From: Gammaproteobacteria bacterium
GTDB lineage: Bacteria > Pseudomonadota > Gammaproteobacteria > G965277405
Reading direction: 5' to 3'
DNA length: 64,000 bases
Assembly: GCA_965277405.1 (NCBI GenBank)
Contig: OZ255726.1
Coordinates: 960,001 to 1,024,000 of the forward strand
The translations under genes were made by a program, and so were the position numbers. Below, piece after piece: positions 18,175 to 28,627 of the stretch; position 1 is the first letter of the stretch; every line of letters starts with the position of its first letter. The notes beneath the pieces are model-generated. The model was not told where the DNA came from, ran no database searches, and was given only the letters and a program-made list of their open reading frames with translations.

Positions 18175-19293
18175 ATGGAGTTTTTATTTGATATAGGGTT
18201 ATTTGCTGCAAAATTAATTGTAGTGTTGGTGTTCATTGCAGCGGTGTTGATGATTGTGATAGGAATGATATCGTGCGCAACTAGTCAAGGTGGCGGTAAA
18301 AACGAGTTTAAAATTACGATTACAGAGCTGAATAAACGCTGGCAAGCAACGCATGATTTAATGACTGGTGCTTTGTTGGACAAAGCACAATTAAAATTAT
18401 TTCATAAACAAGAAAAGTCTCACAATAAGAAAATTGCGAAGCAGCAAAAAAAAGAAGCAAAATTGACTAAAAAAATTGCAAAGACGCAAGCCGAGGATAA
18501 GCCAACTACAGCGGCAGTTTTGCACCATGGTAAAAGTTTGTTTGTGATTGACTTTAAAGGCGATATTCACGCGAGCCAAGTCAAGGAAATGCGCGAAGCG
18601 GTGACAGCGGTGCTGTCATGTGCTACCTCAGAAGATGAAATTCTGTTGCGGTTAGAAAGTCCAGGAGGGATGGTGCCTGGATATGGACTTGCGGCGGCAC
18701 AATTACAGCGGATTAAAAGCGCAGGCATTCCTTTAACGTGCAGTATTGATAAAGTTGCTGCCAGTGGCGGGTATTTAATGGCGTGTTTGGGCGATACAAT
18801 CATTTCGTCGCCATTTGCGATTGTTGGTTCGATTGGGGTTGTTGCGCAAATGCCTAACTTTTATCGCCTTCTTAAAAAAATGAATGTCGATATAGAGTTA
18901 CATACAGCTGGTAGATTTAAAAGAACATTGACCGTTATAGGAAAAAATACTGCAGAAGGTAGGGAAAAGTTCAAACAAGATTTAGAAGAAATGCATGTGT
19001 TGTTTAAAGAATTCGTCCAGAGCGCGCGACCGACACTGGACATCGAAACTGTTGCAACTGGTGAGTATTGGTATGGCAAGGCTGCACTAGATTTGCATTT
19101 AGTCGATACAATTCAAACCAGCGACGAATATATTTTAACGGCAATACAAGAGCGAAAAGTTTTGCATATAGATGTACACACAAAAAAATCACTCAGCCAA
19201 AAATTAGGCAGAGCTGCTGAGCAATTATTTTCTCGGGTGGCGCTTAAGTTATGGCAATACACCTATGAACGCCAATTACTCAATAAGGAGTAA
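18175..19293 (+). CDS. sohB: Inner-membrane S49 peptidase SohB
   Basis: DFKGDIHAS, LESPGGMVPGYGLAAAQL, DKVAASGGY. Confidence 0.93.
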   Translation: MEFLFDIGLFAAKLIVVLVFIAAVLMIVIGMISCATSQGGGKNEFKITITELNKRWQATHDLMTGALLDKAQLKLFHKQEKSHNKKIAKQQKKEAKLTKKIAKTQAEDKPTTAAVLHHGKSLFVIDFKGDIHASQVKEMREAVTAVLSCATSEDEILLRLESPGGMVPGYGLAAAQLQRIKSAGIPLTCSIDKVAASGGYLMACLGDTIISSPFAIVGSIGVVAQMPNFYRLLKKMNVDIELHTAGRFKRTLTVIGKNTAEGREKFKQDLEEMHVLFKEFVQSARPTLDIETVATGEYWYGKAALDLHLVDTIQTSDEYILTAIQERKVLHIDVHTKKSLSQKLGRAAEQLFSRVALKLWQYTYERQLLNKE

Positions 19294-19295
19294 CT

Positions 19296-20156
19296 GTGCA
19301 AATTGCAGATACCCATTGCCATTATTATTTTCAACAATTCGATGGTGATTGTGCTGCTGTTGTTGCTGCAGATACAGCGTCTGGTGTCCAGTTACAAGTC
19401 CAAATTGGCTGTGATAAACAATCAAGCATGGCGGCGATACGCTTGGCAAAGCAGCACCACCATATGCGGGCAACAATCGGCGTGCATCCAACTGCAGTTG
19501 CGCCCTTGTTTAATATTGAACATCGACAACTTACCAATAATCGAATATCTTTTCCTGCTGATACTCATCAGTCATTGGATGAAATGATGACATGGATGGC
19601 TGACACGGTTGCCATGGAGCCAAATCTCGTTGTTGGTATTGGTGAAACAGGACTAGACCGTTATCATGATGACAGTCAACATCTACTAGAGTGGCAAACT
19701 GACTCTTTTATACGACATGTTGCGTTAGCCCGCGATACTGACCTTGCATTAGTTGTCCATACTAGAAATGCCAGAGTTGAAACACTTGATTTTTTAGGTG
19801 CCCACATACGCGGCAAAAATATTCGTGGTGTGATTCATAGCTTTGCTGATGATACAGAATTTGCCCAATTTTGCTGGCAGGAGTGTGACATGTTCTTGGG
19901 TATTGGAGGTATTGCCAGTTATGCCTCATCCCAAGCAACACGAGATGCTATTGCTGCAACTCCCATAGAATATTTAGTGTGTGAAACAGACGCGCCGTTT
20001 CTTGTCCCGCGTGGCTTTCGTAAGCAGGGTTGTAAACGCGCTGAATCGAAACACATTATAGAAATTATTGAACTGATTGCCCAATTACACCGTCAATCAG
20101 TTGCATATGTTGCCGATGCAATGTGGCAGAATTCTCAGAGGCTTTTTAACACCTGA
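19296..20156 (+). CDS. tatD: TatD family nuclease/hydrolase
   Basis: DTHCH, IGVHP, GIGETGLD, VVHTR, HSF, ETDAPFL. Confidence 0.88.
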   Translation: MQIADTHCHYYFQQFDGDCAAVVAADTASGVQLQVQIGCDKQSSMAAIRLAKQHHHMRATIGVHPTAVAPLFNIEHRQLTNNRISFPADTHQSLDEMMTWMADTVAMEPNLVVGIGETGLDRYHDDSQHLLEWQTDSFIRHVALARDTDLALVVHTRNARVETLDFLGAHIRGKNIRGVIHSFADDTEFAQFCWQECDMFLGIGGIASYASSQATRDAIAATPIEYLVCETDAPFLVPRGFRKQGCKRAESKHIIEIIELIAQLHRQSVAYVADAMWQNSQRLFNT

Positions 20157-20818
20157 TGAGCAAGTACATATTCTTATTTGATTTAGACGGTACGTTAATC
20201 GATAGCGCTGCTGATTTGATTGACTCGATTCGCTTGGTTTTCATTGCAGAAAACATTCCTTTTTATCCGCCAAATGATTTTGCGCAATATGTGTCTGATG
20301 GATTAAAAGGCATGCTTGCAGTAATTTTAGGTGATGATTCTGGGCATGATTTTGACAAACTCTTTGAATTAATTATTGCAAAATACCAACACCATCCAAT
20401 TTGCAACACCAAGTTATATCCAGGTATTGCCGCGACAATCGATTGGCTGAATGCGAGCCAGCATCGTTGGGGCATTGTTACCAACAAACAACGCAACTTA
20501 ACAGCAAATATTTGCAGAGAAATACCACTGCTTGCAACTGCGGAAGTGTTGGTCTGTGGCGATGACGGTCATGAGCGGAAGCCGAGCCCTGCTGGGATTC
20601 AAGTTGCCCAAGATCAACTCAAAGTTACTATATCGAATTACCAGACTATATATGTAGGTGATCACAATAAAGATGTGGCTGCTGCCAAGGCTATAGATGC
20701 AGTGGCAATTGCTTGCGGATTTGGCTATTGCTCGCGTTGGGAGCTAAACACCTATGATTATTGGCTCGATGATTCTGAGCAGATGTTAGCAGTTTGTCAA
20801 CAAATCACGAAAAAATAA
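20156..20818 (+). CDS. gph: HAD hydrolase, phosphoglycolate phosphatase family
   Basis: FDLDGTLIDS, WGIVTNK, KPSP, YVGD..DV. Confidence 0.8.
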   Translation: MSKYIFLFDLDGTLIDSAADLIDSIRLVFIAENIPFYPPNDFAQYVSDGLKGMLAVILGDDSGHDFDKLFELIIAKYQHHPICNTKLYPGIAATIDWLNASQHRWGIVTNKQRNLTANICREIPLLATAEVLVCGDDGHERKPSPAGIQVAQDQLKVTISNYQTIYVGDHNKDVAAAKAIDAVAIACGFGYCSRWELNTYDYWLDDSEQMLAVCQQITKK

Positions 20819-20872
20819 TGTATGTGGTGCAGGATTATATGGTTATCTCAGAGTGTGTATGGGTGTATGTAA

Positions 20873-21143
20873 GCAACTGCTGATTAAGTCCATACAGGGC
20901 GAGACAGAGAAAAAACGCTGATGAAACTTAAGCGCATGCGCAGATAATACTGGTGGTATTATCAAGTGCTGCAATACGTTAACGCAGCGTTTTTTCCCGT
21001 CCTTCTGTTGAATATACAACCGTTTGTGACAATTGCTGAGTTTGCTGTGTCGCATTCCTTAGCGTATATGCTACGGCATGTTCCTTGCAATCATCAGCAA
21101 TTGCCAACAAATTGGCTTTATCAGCGACTTAATCAGAGACCAC
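20873..21143 (+). repeat. MITE family copy A
   Basis: Aligns to copies at 24443, 30518 and 36497; ends TGATTAAGTC / GACTTAATCAGAG. Confidence 0.85.
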
Positions 21144-22185
21144 TTAAGCAACTGTTAAAACTAGTTGTAACTTGATTTAATAATTTGATATAAAGTTGCG
21201 GCCCTGCTTGCAGCGTTGTCCCAAGGGGGTTGATTGTTTGGGTGTGTTTGATGCCTTTAGTTCGTAATGCATCAATAAGCCGAGGGTCAGACTCTGGTTC
21301 ATTGAGCATGCAGAATACCGACTGTTGCTCGATCGTATCAATAATATTCTTAAGATGTTTTGCACTGACACCAACATGTGAGTGACCAATGTTGACTACA
21401 CCTTTTTTACCTTCTAAACCAAAATAACGTTCAAAATAGGTATAACCGTCGTGGAAAACGATGAATGGCTCTTTGGTGACTAGTTGCAGCTGTTGCGCCA
21501 TTTTGTTGATACTCTGTTGAATATTTGCTTGCCAACGGGCGGTATTCTCAGTTATTTTATTTGCATGCAGGGGATATTCTGTAGTGAGTACCGCTGCAAT
21601 TGTATCCAGCATCTTTAGTGCATTATGCGGATCAAGCCAGATATGTGCGTCGATCGTATGCTCCGCATCATGATGTTCACCTTCTTCATGCTCGTCTTCA
21701 TCATGATGTTCATCTTCTTCATGCTCATGTTCTTCATGCTCGTCTTCTTCATGATGTTCGTCTTCTTCATGCTCGTCTTCATCATGATGTTCGTCTTCTT
21801 CATGCTCGTCTTCATCATGATGTTCGTCGTCGTCATCACCTGCAACCTTGATGAGGGTAATGCCAGGTGTTTTGAGTAGTTCAACACTTTTCGTAGTTTT
21901 TTGTAGGCGAATTGCGCGTGTGATATTGCTTTCTAGCGTTGGTCCAACCCAAAAAACCACATCTCCTTCGTTGATTTTTTTAATATCAGACGGTTTAAGT
22001 ATATAATCATGCGGTGACTCACTGGTAATCAACAACTCTGGAGACCCCCAGCCGTCCATAACCATGGAGACAAGCGAATGGATGGGTTTTAGCGTTACAA
22101 CAACAGCAACAGTATCTGCATGCGCAGTATTCAGCGAAAACACAAGAATCCAGCAAATGGAAATTGATTTGATTAAATTTTTCAT
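21133..22185 (-). CDS. znuA: Zinc ABC transporter substrate-binding protein
   Basis: SPHDY, His/Glu/Asp-rich loop, DAHIWLDP, VFHDGYTYFE. Confidence 0.93.
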   Translation of the reverse strand: MKNLIKSISICWILVFSLNTAHADTVAVVVTLKPIHSLVSMVMDGWGSPELLITSESPHDYILKPSDIKKINEGDVVFWVGPTLESNITRAIRLQKTTKSVELLKTPGITLIKVAGDDDDEHHDEDEHEEDEHHDEDEHEEDEHHEEDEHEEHEHEEDEHHDEDEHEEGEHHDAEHTIDAHIWLDPHNALKMLDTIAAVLTTEYPLHANKITENTARWQANIQQSINKMAQQLQLVTKEPFIVFHDGYTYFERYFGLEGKKGVVNIGHSHVGVSAKHLKNIIDTIEQQSVFCMLNEPESDPRLIDALRTKGIKHTQTINPLGTTLQAGPQLYIKLLNQVTTSFNSCLSGL

Positions 22186-22194
22186 ACCTTTAAT

Positions 22195-22243
22195 TTAGCG
22201 TAATGTTATAAAACTTTAATGTAGCGTTATGTTATAACATGTC
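22195..22243. promoter_or_regulatory. Zur boxes in divergent znuA-znuC spacer
   Basis: GTAGCGTTATGTTATAACATGTC (22221-22243) resembles the GAAATGTTATAnTATAACATTTC consensus; weaker second copy at 22195-22217. Confidence 0.75.
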
Positions 22244-22246
22244 AAT

Positions 22247-22957
22247 ATGGATGACACAATAATATCTTTACAAGCAGTTTCGTTTTCAACCGAGAATACC
22301 AAGGTTGTATATGATATTGACTTAACAGTATTCAGGCAACAAATTATTACCCTGATTGGACCAAATGGCTCTGGTAAATCAACATTAGCAAAGTTGCTCG
22401 TTGGCATTTATGCGCCGACAACAGGAAAAATTATCCGCGATGAGCGGTTACGTGTTGGTTATGTTCCGCAACATTTTATGATTGAACGTGTCCTGCCGAT
22501 TCGGGTCATTGAGTTTTTGCATTTGTTCGCAAAAACCAGTGCGACAGTGTTTAATAAGATAATTGCATGGACTAAAACTGAACATTTATTGGATGCACAG
22601 TTAGCACAACTTTCTGGAGGACAACTGCGTCGCGTTATTCTGGCGCGTTCTTTGTTAAAGAAACCAGATTTGTTGGTATTAGATGAGCCGTTGCAGGGCG
22701 TTGATTTTCATGGTGAATTGGAATTATATGAATTAATCAACCAAATTCATGACCATTTAAGCTGTGGCGTTGTCTTAATTTCGCACGATTTGCATGTGGT
22801 GATGTCATCAACCAGTCAGGTTGTATGTTTAAACCGTCATATTTGTTGCCAAGGATCGCCGCAGCTAGTCAGTACCGATGCCCAATATAAGAAACTGTTT
22901 GGCAACCAGCCGTTGGCAGTATATACCCATCATCACGACCACCAGCATCCACAATGA
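22247..22957 (+). CDS. znuC: Zinc ABC transporter ATPase
   Basis: GPNGSGKST, LSGGQ, LDEP, CLNRHICCQG, YTHHHDH. Confidence 0.95.
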   Translation: MDDTIISLQAVSFSTENTKVVYDIDLTVFRQQIITLIGPNGSGKSTLAKLLVGIYAPTTGKIIRDERLRVGYVPQHFMIERVLPIRVIEFLHLFAKTSATVFNKIIAWTKTEHLLDAQLAQLSGGQLRRVILARSLLKKPDLLVLDEPLQGVDFHGELELYELINQIHDHLSCGVVLISHDLHVVMSSTSQVVCLNRHICCQGSPQLVSTDAQYKKLFGNQPLAVYTHHHDHQHPQ

Positions 22958-23748
22958 ATACATTATTATTAAATGCTGCATTATCAGGAATTGCAATTGC
23001 CTTAGTCAGCGGTCCTATCGGTTGTTGCGTGGTATGGCGACAGATGGCTTTTGTTGGAGAAACAATGGCGCATGCTGCATTGCTTGCTGTTTCGCTCGCC
23101 TTGTTATTTGAACTGGGTGTAGACTGGGTGGTGTTTGTGGTTTCTATAACTGCAGGGACATTATTGTTATTGCTCCAACGAAGCAAACAACTGACTACGG
23201 ATTCATCTTTATCGCTTATTGCTCATAGCATGCTCAGCCTTGGATTATTGCTGTTGGCTTTGCGACCAAGTGCACAAATTAATTGGTATGGTATTCTTTT
23301 TGGTGATATTTTGACTGTTTCCACAGTCAATGTATATTTAATTGCCGCTGCAAGCCTGATAATTTTGACCATACTGTATTGTATCTGGCAACCTTTGCTA
23401 TTGTATATTATTAATAAAGAAATGGCTACAGCTGAACAAGTTCCACGCTATATAGAAGTAGTCTTTTTCTTGTTGCTTGCAGCTATTGTCTCGATGGCTA
23501 TTAAAGTTGTCGGCACCCTACTGCTTACAGGATTATTGGTTATTCCTGCATTAGCAGCAAGGTTTGCTGCACAATCCCCAAGTGGCATGGCAATCATGGC
23601 CTCAATCATCGGCAGTATCGCTGTCATCTCAGGACTTGGTGCTTCATATTTCTTTGATACGCCAACTGGGCCAAGCATTGTATTATGTGCGTTAAGCGTC
23701 TTCATTATGTTACGGTTAGCCAATGTGGTGAGGTCGCACAATGGATAA
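22954..23748 (+). CDS. znuB: Zinc ABC transporter permease
   Basis: GC.VVWR.MAF.G..AHAAL, LFGDIL, DTPTGPSIV. Confidence 0.93.
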   Translation: MNTLLLNAALSGIAIALVSGPIGCCVVWRQMAFVGETMAHAALLAVSLALLFELGVDWVVFVVSITAGTLLLLLQRSKQLTTDSSLSLIAHSMLSLGLLLLALRPSAQINWYGILFGDILTVSTVNVYLIAAASLIILTILYCIWQPLLLYIINKEMATAEQVPRYIEVVFFLLLAAIVSMAIKVVGTLLLTGLLVIPALAARFAAQSPSGMAIMASIIGSIAVISGLGASYFFDTPTGPSIVLCALSVFIMLRLANVVRSHNG

Positions 23749-24124
23749 TGTAGCGTTAACCAAAAACCAACAATTGGTGTTGCAAGTCCTTACTCAAGCG
23801 CAAAAACCTTTAAGCGCATACGAGATTCTGTATGCATTGCACGGTGATGGTCTACATGCTCCCACACAAGTCTATAGGGCGTTACAAGCACTACAAACAC
23901 TGCATATGATTCATAAAATTGATTCACGCAACGCTTTTGTCATTTGTAAGCAAGACCACCACCAATCAACGATAGCTTTCAAGAATTGTATACAATGCGG
24001 AACTTATACAGAAATTACATTAGATCTGGCGCATATTGCAGCTTTGAAAGATTTCACCGTTCAAGAAACGTCGATTGAAATCAAAGGAACATGCAGTGTT
24101 TGCGCAAAATTGCCTAAGAAATAA
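23741..24124 (+). CDS. zur: Fur-family zinc uptake regulator
   Basis: LTKNQQLV, PLSAY, APTQVYRAL, CxxC pairs; in znu operon. Confidence 0.88.
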   Translation: MDNVALTKNQQLVLQVLTQAQKPLSAYEILYALHGDGLHAPTQVYRALQALQTLHMIHKIDSRNAFVICKQDHHQSTIAFKNCIQCGTYTEITLDLAHIAALKDFTVQETSIEIKGTCSVCAKLPKK

Positions 24125-24205
24125 CTTAAAGAATTCCTGACAACCTGACAACTGCAACACATAGCTCTAAATAAGAGAAAACACATCCGTCGTAATTTAA
24201 GTTAG

Positions 24206-24440
24206 GGAAGCTCTGAACAATTCACCACATTTGATTTTTTCGACACGGCAATGCTCAAAACGATAAACTTAACAGCTGAATAGCTATTTTTGTTCACTTT
24301 TTCTTGTTTTTATCCGTTTTTGCTGAATTTCCTATGTTTTGGACGCACTAACCCTATGGTTGCGGCAAATACTTGTGACTGCGCACAAGATTTGTAAGTC
24401 CAGCAAGCATGTATAGTTGGTTGGTTGGTATTCTTTGCTA
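24206..24440 (-). mobile_element. IS5-subgroup remnant: transposase C-terminus and right end
   Basis: LAKNTNQ/LYMLAGLTNLVRSHKYL* (frameshifted), then terminal repeat GGAAGCTCTGAACAATT flanked by TTAG. Confidence 0.7.
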
Positions 24441-24442
24441 AG

Positions 24443-24727
24443 GGAAGCTCTGATTAAGTCCATAATGGGCGAGACGGAGAAAAAACGCTGATGATAACTA
24501 GACGCAGTGCGCAGATAATACTGGTGGTATTATCAAGTAATGCAACGCCGTTAGCGCAGCGTTTTTTCCCGTCCTTCTGTTGAATATACTTTGGGTTTGC
24601 TGCAGCGGTACTTGCTGTGTTGCATCCCTTGGCGTATATGCTACGGCATGCGCTTAGCGGTTTGCGCCTTGCAATCATCAGCAATTGCCATCAAACTCGC
24701 TCCATCGGCGACTTAATCATAGCTGCC
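24443..24727 (+). repeat. MITE family copy B
   Basis: Full-length; GGAAGCTCTGATTAAGTC left end. Confidence 0.9.
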
Positions 24728-24994
24728 TTAGCTCTCATTGCTGTCATTGTTGCCGATGATTATTGGAAGTTGCGCGTCTGCAGCCCGCTGATGTCTGTTG
24801 TTTAGAGCAGCTGTGTGACGATGTGAACGTTTATTTGTCAATCCTGCATAAATCTGGTATCGTTGCGCTGCTGTCAGTCTGGTATTAGACTTTGGTATAG
24901 TGTTCTCACATTGGTTGAGTGACCGTGAACGTTGCTTACTTGCCGTAAAATTCAATCTGTCGGGCTAGCGATTCAAACCCGCATCCAAAAAATA

Positions 24995-25741
24995 ATGAAA
25001 AATTTAGTTTTATTACGCCATGGCGAGAGCCAATGGAATTTATCAAACCGCTTCACGGGCTGGCGTGATATTGATTTAACCGAGCAAGGCCGCCAAGAAG
25101 CCCAACAAGCTGGAATTGCCCTAAAAGAAGCTGGCTTAGTATTTGATATTGCGTATACATCTGTGCTCAAACGCGCTATCCGTACGTTGTGGATCTCCCT
25201 CGACGAACTTGATCAAATGTGGCTACCGGTCCAACGACATTGGCAATTAAATGAACGTCACTACGGCGGTCTTGAGGGGCTGAACAAACAACAAACTGCA
25301 CAACAACACGGTGACGAACAAGTCAAAATCTGGCGCCGATCTTTTGATAAACGTCCACCAGAACTACCGATAGATGACCCACACCACCCAACAAACCAAA
25401 GCCGCTATGCGACTATTTCCCGCGATGCGCTACCAAGTTGCGAAAGCCTTAAAGATGTAATGGAACGCTGTATGCCATTATGGCAGTCCGTCATCCAAGC
25501 GCAGTTGCAACGCGGGAGTAATGTCCTGATTGTCGCACATGGTAATACCCTGCGTGCATTGGTGATGCACTTAGATAGCTTAAGTCCGCAAGATATTATG
25601 GAGATCAATATTCCAACAGGTATTCCATTGTGGTATCAACTAGACGATACTCTCAAACCTATTTCATCAATGTATATTGGTGATCAGCAGCGCATTCAAG
25701 CAAAACAACAACAAGTCGCAGCACAAGGTAAGTCTACGTAA
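24995..25741 (+). CDS. gpmA: 2,3-BPG-dependent phosphoglycerate mutase
   Basis: LRHGESQWN..NRFTGW, LNERHYG, AHGN. Confidence 0.96.
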   Translation: MKNLVLLRHGESQWNLSNRFTGWRDIDLTEQGRQEAQQAGIALKEAGLVFDIAYTSVLKRAIRTLWISLDELDQMWLPVQRHWQLNERHYGGLEGLNKQQTAQQHGDEQVKIWRRSFDKRPPELPIDDPHHPTNQSRYATISRDALPSCESLKDVMERCMPLWQSVIQAQLQRGSNVLIVAHGNTLRALVMHLDSLSPQDIMEINIPTGIPLWYQLDDTLKPISSMYIGDQQRIQAKQQQVAAQGKST

Positions 25742-25899
25742 TCTTTTTTGATGCATTGTATAAAATGGCTGCAAGTAATTGCATTCAATACCAATTGGGT
25801 TGCTGTAATCAGCACTGTTCACCCGCACATAAGAAAATATGCGCAACATCTTCATGTTTACAGGTGCCGTCCCGCATCTAAAACCTAATCCACACGACA

Positions 25900-26490
25900 A
25901 TGGCGCTACACCCCAATACTGAGAAACAGCAGGAAATTGCGAGAGCAGTTGTCCGCAAACTTAGCAGATCACCACGCGAAAAAATAACCATCGCCACGAT
26001 TGCCAAAGAAGTGGGTGTGACAGAATCCGCGTTATATCGTCACTTTCCTAGTAAAATGAAAATGATGACACATTTGCTGGTTTTTGCCAAAGACAGCATT
26101 CTCCGTATTATCAACACTGTTTCTCACAATGAATCAGACCCTGTTATCAAGCTCCGCCACATTTTTAATTTATTGTTGGTATTTGCTAAAAAAAACCCTG
26201 GCATTTCTCGGTTACTGGTCGAAGGTAATGCTGACGACGTAACTGAACTTGGCGCTTTAATCAACCAACTGTTTAATCAATTAGAAACCCAAATAAAAAT
26301 AATCGTTCGAATGACGCCGTCGAGCTCATATGCCAACAAGCACACCACTTCGTTTTCCAAGTTGTTTGTACAAATCTATCAAGGTAAGCTGTTCCAATTC
26401 GTCAACTCAGGTTTTCAAACACAGCCAGATGAACAGTGGGAAGTTTCATGGAATATTCTTGCTTCATCACTGCAAATAACCACTGAGTAA
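25900..26490 (+). CDS. slmA: Nucleoid occlusion factor SlmA (TetR family)
   Basis: IT.A.IAKEVGVTESALYRHFPSK..M, FAKKNPGISRLL. Confidence 0.8.
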   Translation: MALHPNTEKQQEIARAVVRKLSRSPREKITIATIAKEVGVTESALYRHFPSKMKMMTHLLVFAKDSILRIINTVSHNESDPVIKLRHIFNLLLVFAKKNPGISRLLVEGNADDVTELGALINQLFNQLETQIKIIVRMTPSSSYANKHTTSFSKLFVQIYQGKLFQFVNSGFQTQPDEQWEVSWNILASSLQITTE

Positions 26491-26556
26491 TTTCACTCAA
26501 GTTATACATAGCATTGCATACTATTCATCCAACATAGCTAATAAGACGCCGCATAT

Positions 26557-27918
26557 ATGTTTTCCTCCCTGAGTGAAAAGCTTAATCAAACCTTAAAAAT
26601 TATTGGACGTAGCGCCAAACTGAGCGAAAATAACATTCAGTCGGGTCTCCGTGAAATACGCATAGCATTGCTTGAGGCTGATGTTGCGTTACCAGTTGTA
26701 AAAAAGTTTATTGATGAAGTAAAACACGATGCGCTCGGCAGCGTCGTTGGGAATAAGCTCAACCCCGGGCAGGCGTTTGTAAAAATATTCCACTCCCGTC
26801 TCACTGAAATTCTTGGCAGCGCCAATGTTCCGTTGAATAGCAGCAGCAAAAAACCAATGGTTATTTTATTGGCAGGTTTACAAGGTGCTGGAAAAACCAC
26901 AACAGCAGCCAAACTCGCAATCACCTTCCTGCAACAACGCAAAGATGTACTCATGGTGAGCACCGACGTCTATCGTCCAGCAGCGATTGAACAATTACAA
27001 ACACTTGCCACCCAACATGGCATTGGCTGGATTGCCAGTAGCGCCGAGCAAACGCCGCAGAATATTGCAAAGTATGCTATTGACTATGCCCAACGAACTG
27101 TAGCAGACGTGCTGATTATTGATACCGCTGGTCGCTCACATCTTGATGCTCCTTTAATGGATGAACTGCGCCAACTTGCAGAAATTGTTGACCCCGTAGA
27201 AACATTATTTGTTATCGACGCAATGGCCGGTCAAAGCGCAGTAGCGACTGCCAAAACATTTAATGATACTGTTGATATTACTGGAATCATTCTTACCAAG
27301 GCTGACAGCGACACCCGTGGCGGCGCTGCATTATCTGTGCGTTCTGTGACAGGAAAACCCATCAAATACCTTGGTGTTGGCGAAAACATAGATGCTCTTG
27401 AAGCGTTCCACCCCGAGCGGATGGCATCCAGAATTCTTGGCATGGGGGACATGTTGAGTTTCATCGAAGAAGCCCAACGCAGCGCCGATTCTGCGGCAAC
27501 AGCAAAACTACAGCATAAACTAAAAACAGGAAAACCATTTAACCTTGCCGATTTTAAAAACCAACTGCAACAAATGCAAAACATGGGTGGGATCGATTCC
27601 ATGATCGGAAAAATTCCAGGGATGGGCGGTATGGCTGCGCTGGCACAGTCACAAATGGGAGATGCGCAAACAAACAAATTTATTGCGTTAATCAATTCAA
27701 TGACGCCGCGTGAGCGGATACGCCCTGATGTAATTAACCCGTCCCGCAAGCGCCGCATCACTATAGGTTCTGGTTTAAATGTTGTAGAGATCAACAAACT
27801 ATTGAAACAATTTAAGCAAATGCAAAAAATGATGCGCAAATCTGCAAGCAAAGGCGGTATGCAGAAAATGATGCGCCAATTTCAGCAAATGAGTGGAAAC
27901 AATACCTTTATTTCATAA
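26557..27918 (+). CDS. ffh: Signal recognition particle protein
   Basis: ALLEADV, GLQGAGKTT, DTAGR, RGGAALS, RMASRILGMGD, M domain. Confidence 0.97.
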   Translation: MFSSLSEKLNQTLKIIGRSAKLSENNIQSGLREIRIALLEADVALPVVKKFIDEVKHDALGSVVGNKLNPGQAFVKIFHSRLTEILGSANVPLNSSSKKPMVILLAGLQGAGKTTTAAKLAITFLQQRKDVLMVSTDVYRPAAIEQLQTLATQHGIGWIASSAEQTPQNIAKYAIDYAQRTVADVLIIDTAGRSHLDAPLMDELRQLAEIVDPVETLFVIDAMAGQSAVATAKTFNDTVDITGIILTKADSDTRGGAALSVRSVTGKPIKYLGVGENIDALEAFHPERMASRILGMGDMLSFIEEAQRSADSAATAKLQHKLKTGKPFNLADFKNQLQQMQNMGGIDSMIGKIPGMGGMAALAQSQMGDAQTNKFIALINSMTPRERIRPDVINPSRKRRITIGSGLNVVEINKLLKQFKQMQKMMRKSASKGGMQKMMRQFQQMSGNNTFIS

Positions 27919-27937
27919 TGCGTTTACAGCTAATTTA

Positions 27938-28627
27938 ATGATGCATGCATTTGTCTTACACACTTTACGTTTTCGCGAGACCAGTGCCATCATTCGCATG
28001 TTTAGTGCGCAGGAAGGGCTGGTTTCAACAATCAAAAAAGGAGCGTATCGCAGTACAAAAACTCCAGTACCAACAACATTTCAGCAATACGATATTGCAT
28101 ATGTTGGTCGGGGCAACTTAAAAACACTAACCCGTTGCGAGGCAGCCACAAAGCCGTATTTGCTGCGTGGCCCATTGAGTGTGCATGGCCTGTATATCAA
28201 TGAACTGATGCTGCGCGTGCTACCAGAACATGATGCGCAACCATCCATTTGGCATGCATATTGTCAAACAATTGCAGCACTTGCGTGCGGTAGTGACCCC
28301 GCTATTTGCCTGCGTACATTCGAGTGGCAAGTCATTGCTGGTCTTGGCTATCAAATAGACTTTGCCCATGATAGCTATGGCCAGCCGATTGACCCTAATG
28401 GATACTATGTTTTAAACGACGATCACACGCTGACCCCAACACTACGAACCAACTACGCGCTGTCAGGAACAGTGTTGGCACAGCTCTTTGATAATAATTA
28501 TAGTAACCTAGACACTCAGCGCATTGCCTACAATCTCGCACAGCGTATTTTGCAACATATACTTGGTCGCCAGCTACGCTTTCATCATATTTTCAACTCA
28601 AAAAAACAATATGCTACTTGGGGTTAA
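27938..28627 (+). CDS. recO: DNA repair protein RecO
   Basis: AFVLH..FRETS, GLYINEL, LRTFE..GLGY; adjacent to pdxJ. Confidence 0.88.
   Translation: MMHAFVLHTLRFRETSAIIRMFSAQEGLVSTIKKGAYRSTKTPVPTTFQQYDIAYVGRGNLKTLTRCEAATKPYLLRGPLSVHGLYINELMLRVLPEHDAQPSIWHAYCQTIAALACGSDPAICLRTFEWQVIAGLGYQIDFAHDSYGQPIDPNGYYVLNDDHTLTPTLRTNYALSGTVLAQLFDNNYSNLDTQRIAYNLAQRILQHILGRQLRFHHIFNSKKQYATWG

Noticed and set aside
21600-21887. Repetitive ORFs overlapping znuA
   Set aside because: Shadow frames of the His/Glu-rich loop
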